A stretch of 64,000 nucleotides of DNA, from contig JAODMH010000042.1 in assembly GCA_025465035.1 (NCBI GenBank), positions 149 through 64,148 on the forward strand. Direction: 5' to 3'. The stretch comes from Microbacteriaceae bacterium (GTDB taxonomy: Bacteria; Actinomycetota; Actinomycetes; Actinomycetales; Microbacteriaceae). Under the pieces are notes generated by a model, which saw only the letters and a list, made by a program, of their open reading frames with translations, had not been told where the DNA came from and made no database searches. Position 1 is the stretch's first letter. Every line of letters begins with the position of its first letter. The position numbers and the translations under genes were made by a program. Positions 18,939 to 28,728 of the stretch are shown here, one piece after another.

Positions 18939-19922
18939 CTAATCGGCCGCGATCGGTACGGGGTGTCCAGAAGCGAGCGACTCCCGTGCGGCGAGCGACA
19001 CGGCCAGCGCGAGTATCGCCGAGTCGGTCGGGCAGAATTCGGGATCGCTGCCATTGCGCACACAGTCGAGGAAGTACTCGGCCTGGCGGGCGTATGGGTT
19101 GCCTGTATCAACCAGGCGGTTCTCGTTTCGGTCGGCCGTGACCAGCCGGATGGTGTCGTTGGCGGCTGGCGCCGCGGCTCCGGGCGCACCAGCATAGTGA
19201 TGATCGGCAAGACCGCGACTGCCGAGAAGCTCAAGCGATGAGGCGAAAGAGAAGCCGTCCGGCATCCCCATGAACCCGACCGCCTGCCCCGCCCCGCCGC
19301 CCTCGTAGTCGACGGAGACCTCCATCGGCCCGTCCGGGCGAAGGCGTCTCGCGGACGCCGACCGGGGCCGACCGAGGAACAGGTTCAGTTGATCGAAGTC
19401 GTGGATGCTGAAATCGACGAGCACACCACCAGATTTCGACTCATCGTGCCACCAGCTCGACGGGCCGGGGACAGCGCTGACCCGCTGGGCTCGCGCGCTC
19501 AGAACGGTTCCGACCGCGCCCACCTGCTCGCGAAGAGCGCGGTAGCCGCCGAAGAACCGGACGACGTGGGCCACCATCAGCATCCCGGCGCTCTGCGAAG
19601 CGACATCGCGGATGGCCACCGCATCCCGTATTGTCAGCGCGATCGGCTTCTCGAGCAGCACGTTCTTTCCGGCCATGAGTGATCGTATGCCGATATCGGC
19701 ATGCGTCGGGGTGGGAGTGCAGACCGAGACGATGTCGACATCCGGATCCCGTAGGACGACATCGAGATCGGTCACGAACCGCGCGACCGGTGCGTGCTCG
19801 AGCGGCGACCCTGGCGTCGGAGCGCAGACATATCTGATCGCGCTTCCCAGCCCGATCTCGGTCCAGGCCCGGGCGTGGGCGCGCGCCATGCCGCCCTGCC
19901 CGATGATCGCGATGCTCGACAT
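18939..19922 (-). CDS. Gfo/Idh/MocA-family NAD(P)-dependent oxidoreductase
   Basis: IAIIGQGGMA, VCTPTPTH, VLLEKP and DFSIHDFD motifs. Confidence 0.92.
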   Translation of the reverse strand: MSSIAIIGQGGMARAHARAWTEIGLGSAIRYVCAPTPGSPLEHAPVARFVTDLDVVLRDPDVDIVSVCTPTPTHADIGIRSLMAGKNVLLEKPIALTIRDAVAIRDVASQSAGMLMVAHVVRFFGGYRALREQVGAVGTVLSARAQRVSAVPGPSSWWHDESKSGGVLVDFSIHDFDQLNLFLGRPRSASARRLRPDGPMEVSVDYEGGGAGQAVGFMGMPDGFSFASSLELLGSRGLADHHYAGAPGAAAPAANDTIRLVTADRNENRLVDTGNPYARQAEYFLDCVRNGSDPEFCPTDSAILALAVSLAARESLASGHPVPIAAD

Positions 19923-19925
19923 GCT

Positions 19926-21824
19926 TCACACCTCGTCTTTCATGCTGAACTGATACTCGGCGGGGACCGTCCCGTCGACGACCTCGCGCCACAGTTGTGC
20001 CATGGCGTTCTCCCCCTCACGCAGGTCGGCCACCTCGATCCCGCCCACGAGGATGCTGGCCGCTCCTGCGATATCCCCCGACAGCGCCAATGCCTGCGCC
20101 TCGAGCAGCCTGACTCTCCCCTGCCGGGCGACGCCGACATCCGATCGGGAGATCAGGCTCAGCGCGAGGTCGGCCGCGCCGGCGCGGACCGCGGCTGTCG
20201 CCGCCTCGACGAGGAGGAACGCGTTCCCCGGTTCCAGGACGCACGCCCGTCGGTAGCATTCGAGACGGCCCGCCGTGTCCCTCGACAGCAGTGCGAGGCC
20301 GCGATGGGCGATCGCACTCTGCGCGATCTCGAGGAAGTCGGAATAGAGCGCACCTGCCTCATCGAATGCGCCAGCCGCGTGCTTCATCACGGCACGGTGC
20401 AGGATGGCGTTCGGTTCGTCCGGATGAGCCGCCAGCAGTCCCTCCCAATCGCTCCCGCGGACGAAGGTGGGCGATCCAGCGAAGCTCGCCCCCTCCAGGA
20501 GACCCAGCCACGACTGCTGGTCGGCGGTGATGGTCTCGCGCCCGAACGGCGTGCCGGTCTCGTCGATCCACGGACGATGACGGCGACGGGCAGACTCCAG
20601 CGCTCCCCATCCGGTTCCGGCGAGGACGCTCCGGTACGGAGCCAGATCGGCAAAGGTACGGGCCACCGCATGGGCCGATTCGAGTGTCCGCTCATCGATG
20701 AGGACACCGACGCGCTCGTCGGAGTGTCGCACGGCAGCGTCCCAACTGCGTCCGTGCGCGACCTCCGGATCCACCCGGGCGTTTCCATAGGCCTCGAGCC
20801 ACGACCACTCCGTCGCCGGCGGCATCTCGAGATGCTGGAACTGGGTCTGTGCCAGGCCCGCCTGGATCTCGGCGTAACGCCCGCCGCCTGGGTTCAGCCA
20901 TTCCTGCCAACGGTTGCCACCTGCACCCTGACCCCAGACGAAGAGCTTGCGGCCGTGGAGCTGCGGCGTCGACACCATGGCGAGCCCGTCGCCGTCGGCG
21001 TCCGCGTTCAGGATCCACCGGCGGCGTTCGGCCGGGAGGTCGAAGAAGAAGTCCCGTGCGCGAGAACTCCTGGTCGGCCAGGTGCAATCGACACCATCGT
21101 CGTCGGTCGGAACGACCCGAGAGATCCCGCCATCGTAGTCGCTCGCAAACGCCGTATCGGCCGGCGCAATTATCCGACTCTGCCGGGTCTCGGGCACTGC
21201 GGCATTCGTCCACCAGTACATCGGCACGGAAAAGTCGTTGGGGTTCCTCAGTCGGATCGCGACGAAGAGCGCGTCGGAGTCGTCGGGCAACCAGGCATCG
21301 ATCTGGAACACGACCTCGCGAAGGCGATCGAATTCCCACATCCGCAGAACATCGAGGCCGTCCGGCGTGCGCACCAGTGCCGCGTGCAGCGGACTGCAGG
21401 TGGTCGGCGAGTGCCCTCTCGTTCCGATGTTCCACTCGATGCCTCCGGCGAACCAGGCGTTGCGCAGGGCCAGGTTCGCGAACTGAATGGTGTCGGGAGA
21501 ATGGAGCAGGTGCTTGCCACGCGTCTTGTCGAAGAGCTCCCAGAGTCGCCCACCGAGTTCAGGGAGGAAGACGGCGCGCAGTCGCTCGTTCTCGAGCACG
21601 GCCGTCGTCAGGGTTCGGTCGGAACGGCTTCGCCCGTAGCCGTTCTGTTCCTGATAGGGATAGAGATTCGCCGGATTGCCGTAGAGCGCGCCGTCGATGA
21701 TCTCCTGCGGGATGGCGCCCGTGATGCGATACGGGTCTTCGAGGGGAGCTCCCACCATCGGCAGCGGGTCGTCGCCGCCAAGTTCTGGAAGGCGGAACGT
21801 GCGCGACTCGATCCGCACCGTCAT
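19926..21824 (-). CDS. DUF5107-like domain protein with TPR-like C-terminus
   Basis: VLENERLRAVFLPELGGRLW, NLALRNAWFAGGIEWN, WWTNAAVP, LFVWG and YAEIQAG motifs. Confidence 0.78.
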   Translation of the reverse strand: MTVRIESRTFRLPELGGDDPLPMVGAPLEDPYRITGAIPQEIIDGALYGNPANLYPYQEQNGYGRSRSDRTLTTAVLENERLRAVFLPELGGRLWELFDKTRGKHLLHSPDTIQFANLALRNAWFAGGIEWNIGTRGHSPTTCSPLHAALVRTPDGLDVLRMWEFDRLREVVFQIDAWLPDDSDALFVAIRLRNPNDFSVPMYWWTNAAVPETRQSRIIAPADTAFASDYDGGISRVVPTDDDGVDCTWPTRSSRARDFFFDLPAERRRWILNADADGDGLAMVSTPQLHGRKLFVWGQGAGGNRWQEWLNPGGGRYAEIQAGLAQTQFQHLEMPPATEWSWLEAYGNARVDPEVAHGRSWDAAVRHSDERVGVLIDERTLESAHAVARTFADLAPYRSVLAGTGWGALESARRRHRPWIDETGTPFGRETITADQQSWLGLLEGASFAGSPTFVRGSDWEGLLAAHPDEPNAILHRAVMKHAAGAFDEAGALYSDFLEIAQSAIAHRGLALLSRDTAGRLECYRRACVLEPGNAFLLVEAATAAVRAGAADLALSLISRSDVGVARQGRVRLLEAQALALSGDIAGAASILVGGIEVADLREGENAMAQLWREVVDGTVPAEYQFSMKDEV

Positions 21825-22840
21825 CCGGCCACCGGTCCTTCCGCGGTCGATGAAGGCCGCAACTCCGAGACACCCCGCTGAAGGCGGGAGAACAGCTCGC
21901 TGTCGATAACCACGCCCGCTCGCCGCAGGCCAAGAATGGCCGCGCCCACCACGCCGTCCGGAACCGCGATCAACTCCACGCCACCCGCTGCCGCCGTCAG
22001 CGGCGCCGCGAAGATCGAGGGGGCGACTCGCATTCCGGCGGCGAGCACGCTTCCGCCCAACACGACAGGTCCATTCATGCCAGGGTCCCGTGTGGCAGCA
22101 AGGAGCTGGGCGAGCGACCCGGCCGCCGAGGTCAGAATTTCGCGGGCGACCTCATCCTCCGAGGCGGCGAACGCCAACGGTGCGAATCGGGCGAGGCCGA
22201 TCGGCCGCAGCGCGTAGGTCTCCTCCATCAGCGTGACCAGCGAATGAGGGCGTCCCCGCACGCTGCCGAGTTCCGTCCCGATGTGCAGGGAATCGAGCAC
22301 CAGCCCGGTCAGCGCCGTGTCGGGGCCGAGACCGTCGAGCGACGCGACCACGGCGCGCATGACCTGGTGCCCGATCCAGTACCCCGATCCCCCGTCGCCC
22401 AGCAGCCAGCCGGTGCCTCCGCGCGCGAGCGCCAACCGGCCACCGGTGATGCGCCCGGCGACCGTGCCGGTTCCTGCGATCAGGGCGTAGCCGTCGCTCT
22501 CGAAGGTTCCGGAGAAGTAGGTGCCAAGAAGATCTGGCTCGATGACGGGTTCGCCGCCGAAACCGAGGGCGGCGAATCGCTCCGACAGTCGCTCGATGAG
22601 CAGCGGTGACACGCTGCCAGCCAGGGCGATGATGGCCGCGGATTCGTGATTGGTCGTGGACTCGTCCCCGGCCACGGCGCGTTCGGCGGCCTTGCCGAGT
22701 TCCGTGACCGCGCCATCGACTCCGGATGCCGTTGGATTGCCGCTTCCGGCGCGACCGTAGCCGAAGCATCGTCCGGCCAGATCGAGGACGACGGCTCGCG
22801 TGGACGTGCCTCCGGCGTCAATTGCGAGAATCTTGCGCAT
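21821..22840 (-). CDS. BadF/BadG/BcrA/BcrD-type sugar kinase (N-acetylglucosamine kinase-like)
   Basis: IDAGGTSTRA, IAGTGT, GGTGWLLGDGGSGYWIG, LGGSV. Confidence 0.9.
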   Translation of the reverse strand: MRKILAIDAGGTSTRAVVLDLAGRCFGYGRAGSGNPTASGVDGAVTELGKAAERAVAGDESTTNHESAAIIALAGSVSPLLIERLSERFAALGFGGEPVIEPDLLGTYFSGTFESDGYALIAGTGTVAGRITGGRLALARGGTGWLLGDGGSGYWIGHQVMRAVVASLDGLGPDTALTGLVLDSLHIGTELGSVRGRPHSLVTLMEETYALRPIGLARFAPLAFAASEDEVAREILTSAAGSLAQLLAATRDPGMNGPVVLGGSVLAAGMRVAPSIFAAPLTAAAGGVELIAVPDGVVGAAILGLRRAGVVIDSELFSRLQRGVSELRPSSTAEGPVAG

Positions 22841-22932
22841 TGTGATCTTTTCGAAATCTTATGAGCTCAGGCACACTGTACTGTAAGAATAATTTTCGCA
22901 GCACTTCGATGAAGGAGAAATGGATTCTCATC

Positions 22933-23892
22933 ATGGTGCCATCCAGCGTCACGACATCGGCCGAGCATGACTCCGCGGTAGCCAACCGCATCCAGTCCCG
23001 GCTACCGGAGATGTCGGACGCCATGGCGAAGATCGCCGAGTACCTCCTGGAGCATCCGCAGGCACCTCTCAAGCTGTCCATCGGTCAGTTGGCGGAACAG
23101 GCGGGAACCTCCGCGGCGACGGTCACCCGGTTCTGCCGAATGATCGGATACGCCGGATACGCGCCGTTCCGCGTGAGCATCGCGACCGACTTCGGCCGCA
23201 GCACGGCGCGTGACTCGTGGAAGACGGACATCGGCCGGGCGTTCGGCCCCGACGACTCTCCGGGGGACGTGCTCAGCACCCTGATCAACGCCCATTCGCG
23301 CACCCTGCGCGAGACTGCGGCGGCCATCGACCTGCCGGCCATGAAGGTGATATCGAAGCGGATCGCCGAGAGCCATCACGTCGATATCTATGGCGTCGGC
23401 GGCAGCGCCATGCTGGCGGACGAGATGCAGGCCCGGCTCTATCGGATCGGGATCAATACCCACATGTGGGCCGAGGTGCATTCCGGTCTCACGAGCGCCG
23501 CCATCCAGAACAAGAACTGCGTCGCCATCGGCATCTCGAACACAGGACGCACCGAGGAGACCATCCAGATGCTGCGCCAGGCCGGTCGAGCGGGGGCACT
23601 GACGGTGGCGATCAGCAACAACCCGACGTCGCCGCTCGCAGAAGTCGCCGACCTGCGGATCATCACCTCCGTGTACGAACAGTTCCTGCAGCCAGACGAT
23701 CTCTCCGCCAAGCACGGGCAGCTGCTCGTGCTCGACCTGCTCTACCTCCTCATCGCGCAAGAGAATTTCGACCGGTCGATCGACAATCTCGCCGCATCGG
23801 CACTGGCGGTCTCCACACATCGCCGACCGAGGCGCGCCCCGATCGCCCTCAAACAGAGCCGCGAAGCCCAACCCTCCGCGGAAAACATCTAG
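22933..23892 (+). CDS. MurR/RpiR-family transcriptional regulator
   Basis: IGQLAEQAGTSAATVTRFCRMIGYAGY helix-turn-helix plus SIS domain (ISNTGRT). Confidence 0.92.
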   Translation: MVPSSVTTSAEHDSAVANRIQSRLPEMSDAMAKIAEYLLEHPQAPLKLSIGQLAEQAGTSAATVTRFCRMIGYAGYAPFRVSIATDFGRSTARDSWKTDIGRAFGPDDSPGDVLSTLINAHSRTLRETAAAIDLPAMKVISKRIAESHHVDIYGVGGSAMLADEMQARLYRIGINTHMWAEVHSGLTSAAIQNKNCVAIGISNTGRTEETIQMLRQAGRAGALTVAISNNPTSPLAEVADLRIITSVYEQFLQPDDLSAKHGQLLVLDLLYLLIAQENFDRSIDNLAASALAVSTHRRPRRAPIALKQSREAQPSAENI

Positions 23893-23900
23893 GAGCCGAA

Positions 23901-24674
23901 GTGTCGGAGACCATTACGCAGTCAGAGCTGGTGGACGGCTTCACCGGCGAGGTACTGTCGCGGCTCGGCGAGCTCGCCGCGATCGCGGCCGAGGGGGGCT
24001 TCGACGACGCCATCGACGTTCTCGTGACGGCCATCGAGAGCGGCGGTGTGATCCAGGCCTTTGGAACCGGGCACTCCGAGGCCTTCGCCATGGAGATCGC
24101 GGGGCGAGCGGGCGGGCTCATCCCGACGAACAAGATCGCTCTGCGTGACGTCGTCCTGCGTGGTGATCTCGGCGTCGATGCGCTCAGCGGAGCCAAACTC
24201 GAACGGAATCCCGAGATCGCCGAGCAGCTCTACGCGATCTCCAACGTCGGCCCCAATGACGTCTTCATCATCGCGTCGAACTCCGGCGTCAACGGGTCGA
24301 TCGTCGGGCTCGCTCTGCTGGCCAAATCCAAGGGTCATCCGGTGATCGCCGTCACGAGCCTCGCCCACACCATGGCCGTCGAGCCCAAGCATGCGAGCGG
24401 CAAGCGGTTGCGGGATGTCGCGGATGTCGTCCTCGACAACAGGGCGCCGTTCGGCGACGCCACGCTCGAACTCGCCGGCGGAGTCCCGGTCGGCGCCGTC
24501 TCGTCGATCACTGCCGCATACATCGCGCAGGTGCTCACGATCGGCACGGCACAGCGACTGGCGGCGGCGGGGACGACCCCGCCCCTCTATATTTCGGCGA
24601 ACATCCCGGGCGGCGACGAGCACAACGAGGCGCTCGAAAAGTTGTACCGGAACAGGATCCGGCGCGACGCCTGA
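23901..24674 (+). CDS. SIS-domain sugar isomerase-like protein
   Basis: FGTGHS, GRAGGL, IASNSGVN, AVTSLAH, SANIPGGD; GTG start after AGGAG. Confidence 0.85.
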   Translation: MSETITQSELVDGFTGEVLSRLGELAAIAAEGGFDDAIDVLVTAIESGGVIQAFGTGHSEAFAMEIAGRAGGLIPTNKIALRDVVLRGDLGVDALSGAKLERNPEIAEQLYAISNVGPNDVFIIASNSGVNGSIVGLALLAKSKGHPVIAVTSLAHTMAVEPKHASGKRLRDVADVVLDNRAPFGDATLELAGGVPVGAVSSITAAYIAQVLTIGTAQRLAAAGTTPPLYISANIPGGDEHNEALEKLYRNRIRRDA

Positions 24675-24770
24675 CAGCTCAGTACGACACATACGGAACA
24701 CGAAACAAAAGAAAAGTGGAACCAGATCGAGTAGCACAGCCCGTCAACCACGAATGGAAGGCAGTACACA

Positions 24771-26177
24771 ATGACTATCAAGGAACAGCCGCTTCAGCGG
24801 CGGGACTTTCTCCGCGGTGCACTTCTCACGGCGGTGTTGATACCCGCCGGGGGAATGCTTGCATCCTGCGTCGGCGGTGGTGGTTCGTCCACCTCCCCGG
24901 GCGGCACGGTTACCAAAACAAATCCCTTCGGCATGGCGGACAAGTCGACGGTCGACGCTGTCATCTTCAAGGGTGGATACGGCATCGACTACGCGACCTT
25001 CGCCGGCCAGGTCGTCGACAAGCTGCAGAAGGGCTCGACCGTCAAGGTCACCGCCCAGACCAATATCGCGCAAACCCTGCAGCCGCGCTTTGTCGGTGGT
25101 AATCCGCCGGACGTGATCGACAACAGCGGAGCGAACCTCATCGGCATCAACACTATCCGTGCACAGCTCGAGGACCTCACTTCCGTGATCAACGCGAAGA
25201 ACTACGAGGGCACGACCATCAAGGACACTCTCTACGCGGGCGTCATCAAACCGGGCACCTTCGATGGCAAGTTCGTTCAGCTGAATTACGTGCTGACGGT
25301 CTACGCCCTCTGGTATTCGGCATCATTGTTCGAGACGAACGGCTGGACAGTTCCGAAGACCTGGGATGAGATGCTCGTCCTCGGCGGTAAGGCCAAGTCA
25401 CAGGGCAAGTACCTGTTCGGTTGGGGCAAGGAAGCCGCGACCTACTACCAGACGATGGCGATCGCATCAGCGATCAAGGAGGGTGGCGACGAGGTTCGCC
25501 TGGCGCTGGAGAACCTCAAGGCAGGATGTTGGTCGCTTCAGCCCGTCCAGGACGTCTTCAATGGAATGAAGAAGATCATCGACGCCGGCTACATGCAGCC
25601 CGGTGGCGCCGGCACGCAGTTCACCGCTGCCCAGGCGCAATGGAGCAACGATGAGAAGTTCATCCTGTACCCCTCCGGTGGCTGGATCGAGAATGAGATG
25701 AAGACCCAGACCAAGGCGGGCTTCACGCTGACCGGGGCACCAGAGCCCACCGTCACGAGCGGCTCGAAGCTCCCGTACACGGCGCTGCACTCGACGGCTG
25801 GTGAGGGCTATATCGTGCCGTCGCAGGCCAAGAACGTCGCGGGTGGCAAGGAGTTCCTGCGCGCCATGCTCTCGCACGACGCCGCGGTCAACTTCGCGAA
25901 GACGACCTTCTCGTCGACGATCGTCAAGGGCACAATCCCGGCCGACGGGTTCGGCTCTACGGCGCTCGTGTCGCAGGTCAAGCTGTTGGAGAACGCCGGG
26001 TCCGACGTCTTCTCGTGGAACTTCGTCGACCTGTACGGGCTCAACACCGACCAGCTCGTCGTGTGGAACACGTTCCTGCAGGGTGGCTCGGATGTCGCGG
26101 CCCTGACGTCCGGCCTGCAGAGCATTACCGACAAGGTTCGCAACGACAGCTCCGTGAAAAAGGTCACGGTCACATGA
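24771..26177 (+). CDS. ngcE: NgcE-type N-acetylglucosamine/chitooligosaccharide ABC substrate-binding lipoprotein with twin-arginine signal
   Basis: QRRDFL...LASC; NPFG...VDAVIFKGGYG, LQPRFVGGNPPDVIDNSGA, FIVPS..KN..GGKEFLRAMLS resemble the NgcE family. Confidence 0.75.
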   Translation: MTIKEQPLQRRDFLRGALLTAVLIPAGGMLASCVGGGGSSTSPGGTVTKTNPFGMADKSTVDAVIFKGGYGIDYATFAGQVVDKLQKGSTVKVTAQTNIAQTLQPRFVGGNPPDVIDNSGANLIGINTIRAQLEDLTSVINAKNYEGTTIKDTLYAGVIKPGTFDGKFVQLNYVLTVYALWYSASLFETNGWTVPKTWDEMLVLGGKAKSQGKYLFGWGKEAATYYQTMAIASAIKEGGDEVRLALENLKAGCWSLQPVQDVFNGMKKIIDAGYMQPGGAGTQFTAAQAQWSNDEKFILYPSGGWIENEMKTQTKAGFTLTGAPEPTVTSGSKLPYTALHSTAGEGYIVPSQAKNVAGGKEFLRAMLSHDAAVNFAKTTFSSTIVKGTIPADGFGSTALVSQVKLLENAGSDVFSWNFVDLYGLNTDQLVVWNTFLQGGSDVAALTSGLQSITDKVRNDSSVKKVTVT

Positions 26178-27175
26178 CCGCGGTCGTCCCACCTTCCACC
26201 ACACCGGGCGGCGGCAGAACCACCGCCGCCCGGCGGTGGAGCCGCCGGGACCTGACCTTCGACAAGATCAGCTTCCTGATCGTGTTCCTGGTGGTTCCGG
26301 TGGTCGGCTACGTCATCTTCGTGGTCTCGCCGTTCATCCAGGCGTTCTACTACTCATTGACGGACTGGTCCGGCTTCACGGCCGGCATGAACTTCATCGG
26401 GTTGAGCAACTACGGCAAGTTGTTCGCCGACAACATCTTCATGAGGGCCGTCGGCAACAGCATCGTGCTGGTGCTGGTCCTGCCGATCGTCACGGTCGTG
26501 CTCAGCCTGATCCTCGCATCGTTGGTCACCGTCGGCGGTCCGAGCAACGGCCCGATCAGAGGCTTGCGCAACTCCAGCGTGTATCGGGTGATCTCCTTCT
26601 TCCCATACGTGATTCCGGCTATCGTCATCGGCCTCATCTGGAGCCAGGTCTACGACCCCAGCCACGGCATCCTGAACGGCCTTCTCACGGGAATCGGGCT
26701 TGACCAGTTCCAGTCATTCGCCTGGCTCGGCGAACAGAGGACCGCGATGATCGCGACCATGTTCGTGATCGTCTGGGGGCTGGTCGGGTTCTATATGGTG
26801 CTGTTCGTGGCCGCGATCAAGGGAATCCCGGCGGAGATCTTCGAAGCGGCCAGGATCGATGGGGCAGGACGGTTCCGCACCGCGGTGACCATCACGGTGC
26901 CGATGATCCGGGACAACATCCAGACCGCGTACATCTATATGGGCATCCTGGCGCTCGACGCCTTCGTCTACATGGCGGCGCTGAACCCCGGCGGCGGTCC
27001 TGGTAACTCGACGCTCGTGATGTCGCAGCAACTGTTCACGACGGCGTTCACCAAGGGCCAGTTCGGCCTGGCCTGTGCCATGGGCGTCGTGCTCGCCACT
27101 ATCACCCTCCTGTTCGCGGGAGTCGTCTTTCTGGTGAACAGACTCACCGGCGGAAATAACGACGTGGCCGAATGA
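26174..27175 (+). CDS. Carbohydrate ABC transporter permease (NgcF-like)
   Basis: EAA loop FEAARIDGAG; ATGA overlap. Confidence 0.9.
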   Translation: MTAVVPPSTTPGGGRTTAARRWSRRDLTFDKISFLIVFLVVPVVGYVIFVVSPFIQAFYYSLTDWSGFTAGMNFIGLSNYGKLFADNIFMRAVGNSIVLVLVLPIVTVVLSLILASLVTVGGPSNGPIRGLRNSSVYRVISFFPYVIPAIVIGLIWSQVYDPSHGILNGLLTGIGLDQFQSFAWLGEQRTAMIATMFVIVWGLVGFYMVLFVAAIKGIPAEIFEAARIDGAGRFRTAVTITVPMIRDNIQTAYIYMGILALDAFVYMAALNPGGGPGNSTLVMSQQLFTTAFTKGQFGLACAMGVVLATITLLFAGVVFLVNRLTGGNNDVAE

Positions 27176-28071
27176 CGAACATCAAAGCTCAGGCGCTGGC
27201 CGGCCCGTCGATGTCACTCAGCCGACGCCGGACGAAGTCCACGGCCGGTGACAGAGTGGTCGGCTCGGTGTCGCACGTCATCCTGACCATCTGGTCGCTG
27301 ATCGTGGTACTGCCGCTGCTCTGGACGATCATGTCGTCGTTCAAGACCAGTTCGGAGATCTTCGCGTCGCCGTTCACCCTCCCGTCGCGCTGGAGCTTCG
27401 ACAACTACGTGAACGCGTGGACGACCGCCGGCATCGGAAGCTTCCTCCTCAACACGATCGTGGTCGTCTTCGGCGCGCTCATCGTCACCATGCTGTTCGG
27501 GTCCATGTGTGCGTACGTTCTCGCGCGATTCCAGTTCCCCGGCAGCCGGGCCATCTACTATCTGATGCTCGCAGGCCTGACGTTCCCGATCTTCCTGGCG
27601 ATCGTTCCGTTGTTCTTCGTGCTGAAGAGCATCGCCCTGCTGAACACCCTGCCCGGCCTCATCCTCACCTACGCGGCCTTCGCACTGCCGTTCACGGTGT
27701 TCTTCATGTTCTCGTTCTTCAAGGCGCTGCCGAACTCAATAGCCGAGGCGGCAGCGCTGGATGGCGCGGGCGAATGGCGCACCTTCTTCGAGGTGATGCT
27801 GCCGATGGCGAGGCCCGGGCTGGCAACCGTGGCCATCCTGAACTTCGTCGGGCTCTGGAACCAGTTCCTGTTGCCGGTCGCTTTGAATTCGGACGTCAAG
27901 AACTACGTGCTCACCCAGGGCATGGCGTCGTTCGCCTCCCAGGCGGGATACTCGGTAGACTTCGGCGCGCTGTTCGCGGGCGTCGTCATCACCGTCGTCC
28001 CGGTGCTGATCGTCTATCTGATCTTCCAGCGTCAGCTGCAGGGTTCGGTGTCGCAGGGGACCAACAAGTAG
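27172..28071 (+). CDS. Carbohydrate ABC transporter permease (NgcG-like)
   Basis: EAA loop AEAAALDGAG. Confidence 0.9.
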   Translation: MTNIKAQALAGPSMSLSRRRTKSTAGDRVVGSVSHVILTIWSLIVVLPLLWTIMSSFKTSSEIFASPFTLPSRWSFDNYVNAWTTAGIGSFLLNTIVVVFGALIVTMLFGSMCAYVLARFQFPGSRAIYYLMLAGLTFPIFLAIVPLFFVLKSIALLNTLPGLILTYAAFALPFTVFFMFSFFKALPNSIAEAAALDGAGEWRTFFEVMLPMARPGLATVAILNFVGLWNQFLLPVALNSDVKNYVLTQGMASFASQAGYSVDFGALFAGVVITVVPVLIVYLIFQRQLQGSVSQGTNK

Positions 28072-28135
28072 GTACCTGCGGAGTCGGCGGCTGGCGCCAT
28101 AATTCGGGTAAGCGCTGCACGACGACGGGAGCACG

Positions 28136-28711
28136 ATGGCCGACCAACTCGAGGTTCTGCGATTCGACGCTCCCGATGTATTCCGCGAATGGTTGGCTGA
28201 GCATCAGGACTCCACGCCAGGCCTGTGGGTGACGATCACCAAGAAGGGCTCGCAGGTCGTCAACCTGACCTACGACCAGGCACTGGATGTCGCGCTCGAG
28301 TACGGCTGGATCGACGGCCAGACGCGACGCCTCGACGACGACTCCTACCTGCAACGCTTCACGCCTCGCCGCCCGCAGAGTCCATGGTCGTTGCGCAATC
28401 GCCGGGCGGCCGAGGCGATGATCGCGGAGGGACGGATGACGCCACGAGGCCTCGCCGAGGTGGAGCGGGCGAGGGCCGACGGGCGGTGGGATCGGGCCTA
28501 CGAGGGGTCGAGCACGGCGGAGCCGCATCCGGACTTCCTCGCCGCCCTGGACAGGAATCCGGCGGCCAGCGAGTTCTACGCGACGCTGAACAGCCAGAAC
28601 CGTTTCGCCATCTACTACCGGATCCAGGCGGTGAAGCGCGAGGAGACCAGGGCTCGAAAGATCGAGGCCTTCGTGGAGAAGCTGGCGCGCGGCGAGAAGT
28701 TCTACGAGTGA
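28136..28711 (+). CDS. YdeI/OmdA-family protein
   Basis: FREWLAEH, ALEYGWIDG, QRFTPRRPQSPWS..N, AKREETRARKI. Confidence 0.9.
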   Translation: MADQLEVLRFDAPDVFREWLAEHQDSTPGLWVTITKKGSQVVNLTYDQALDVALEYGWIDGQTRRLDDDSYLQRFTPRRPQSPWSLRNRRAAEAMIAEGRMTPRGLAEVERARADGRWDRAYEGSSTAEPHPDFLAALDRNPAASEFYATLNSQNRFAIYYRIQAVKREETRARKIEAFVEKLARGEKFYE

Positions 28712-28728
28712 CTCGTTAGCGGGATGTC

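Noticed and set aside
19794-21881. 695-aa plus-strand ORF
   Set aside because: Antisense shadow of the DUF5107-like gene; Arg/Pro-rich with no motifs, typical of high-GC codon bias.
23217-23900. Apparent N-terminal extension of the SIS protein
   Set aside because: Overlaps the RpiR gene; an AGGAG SD supports the GTG at 23901.
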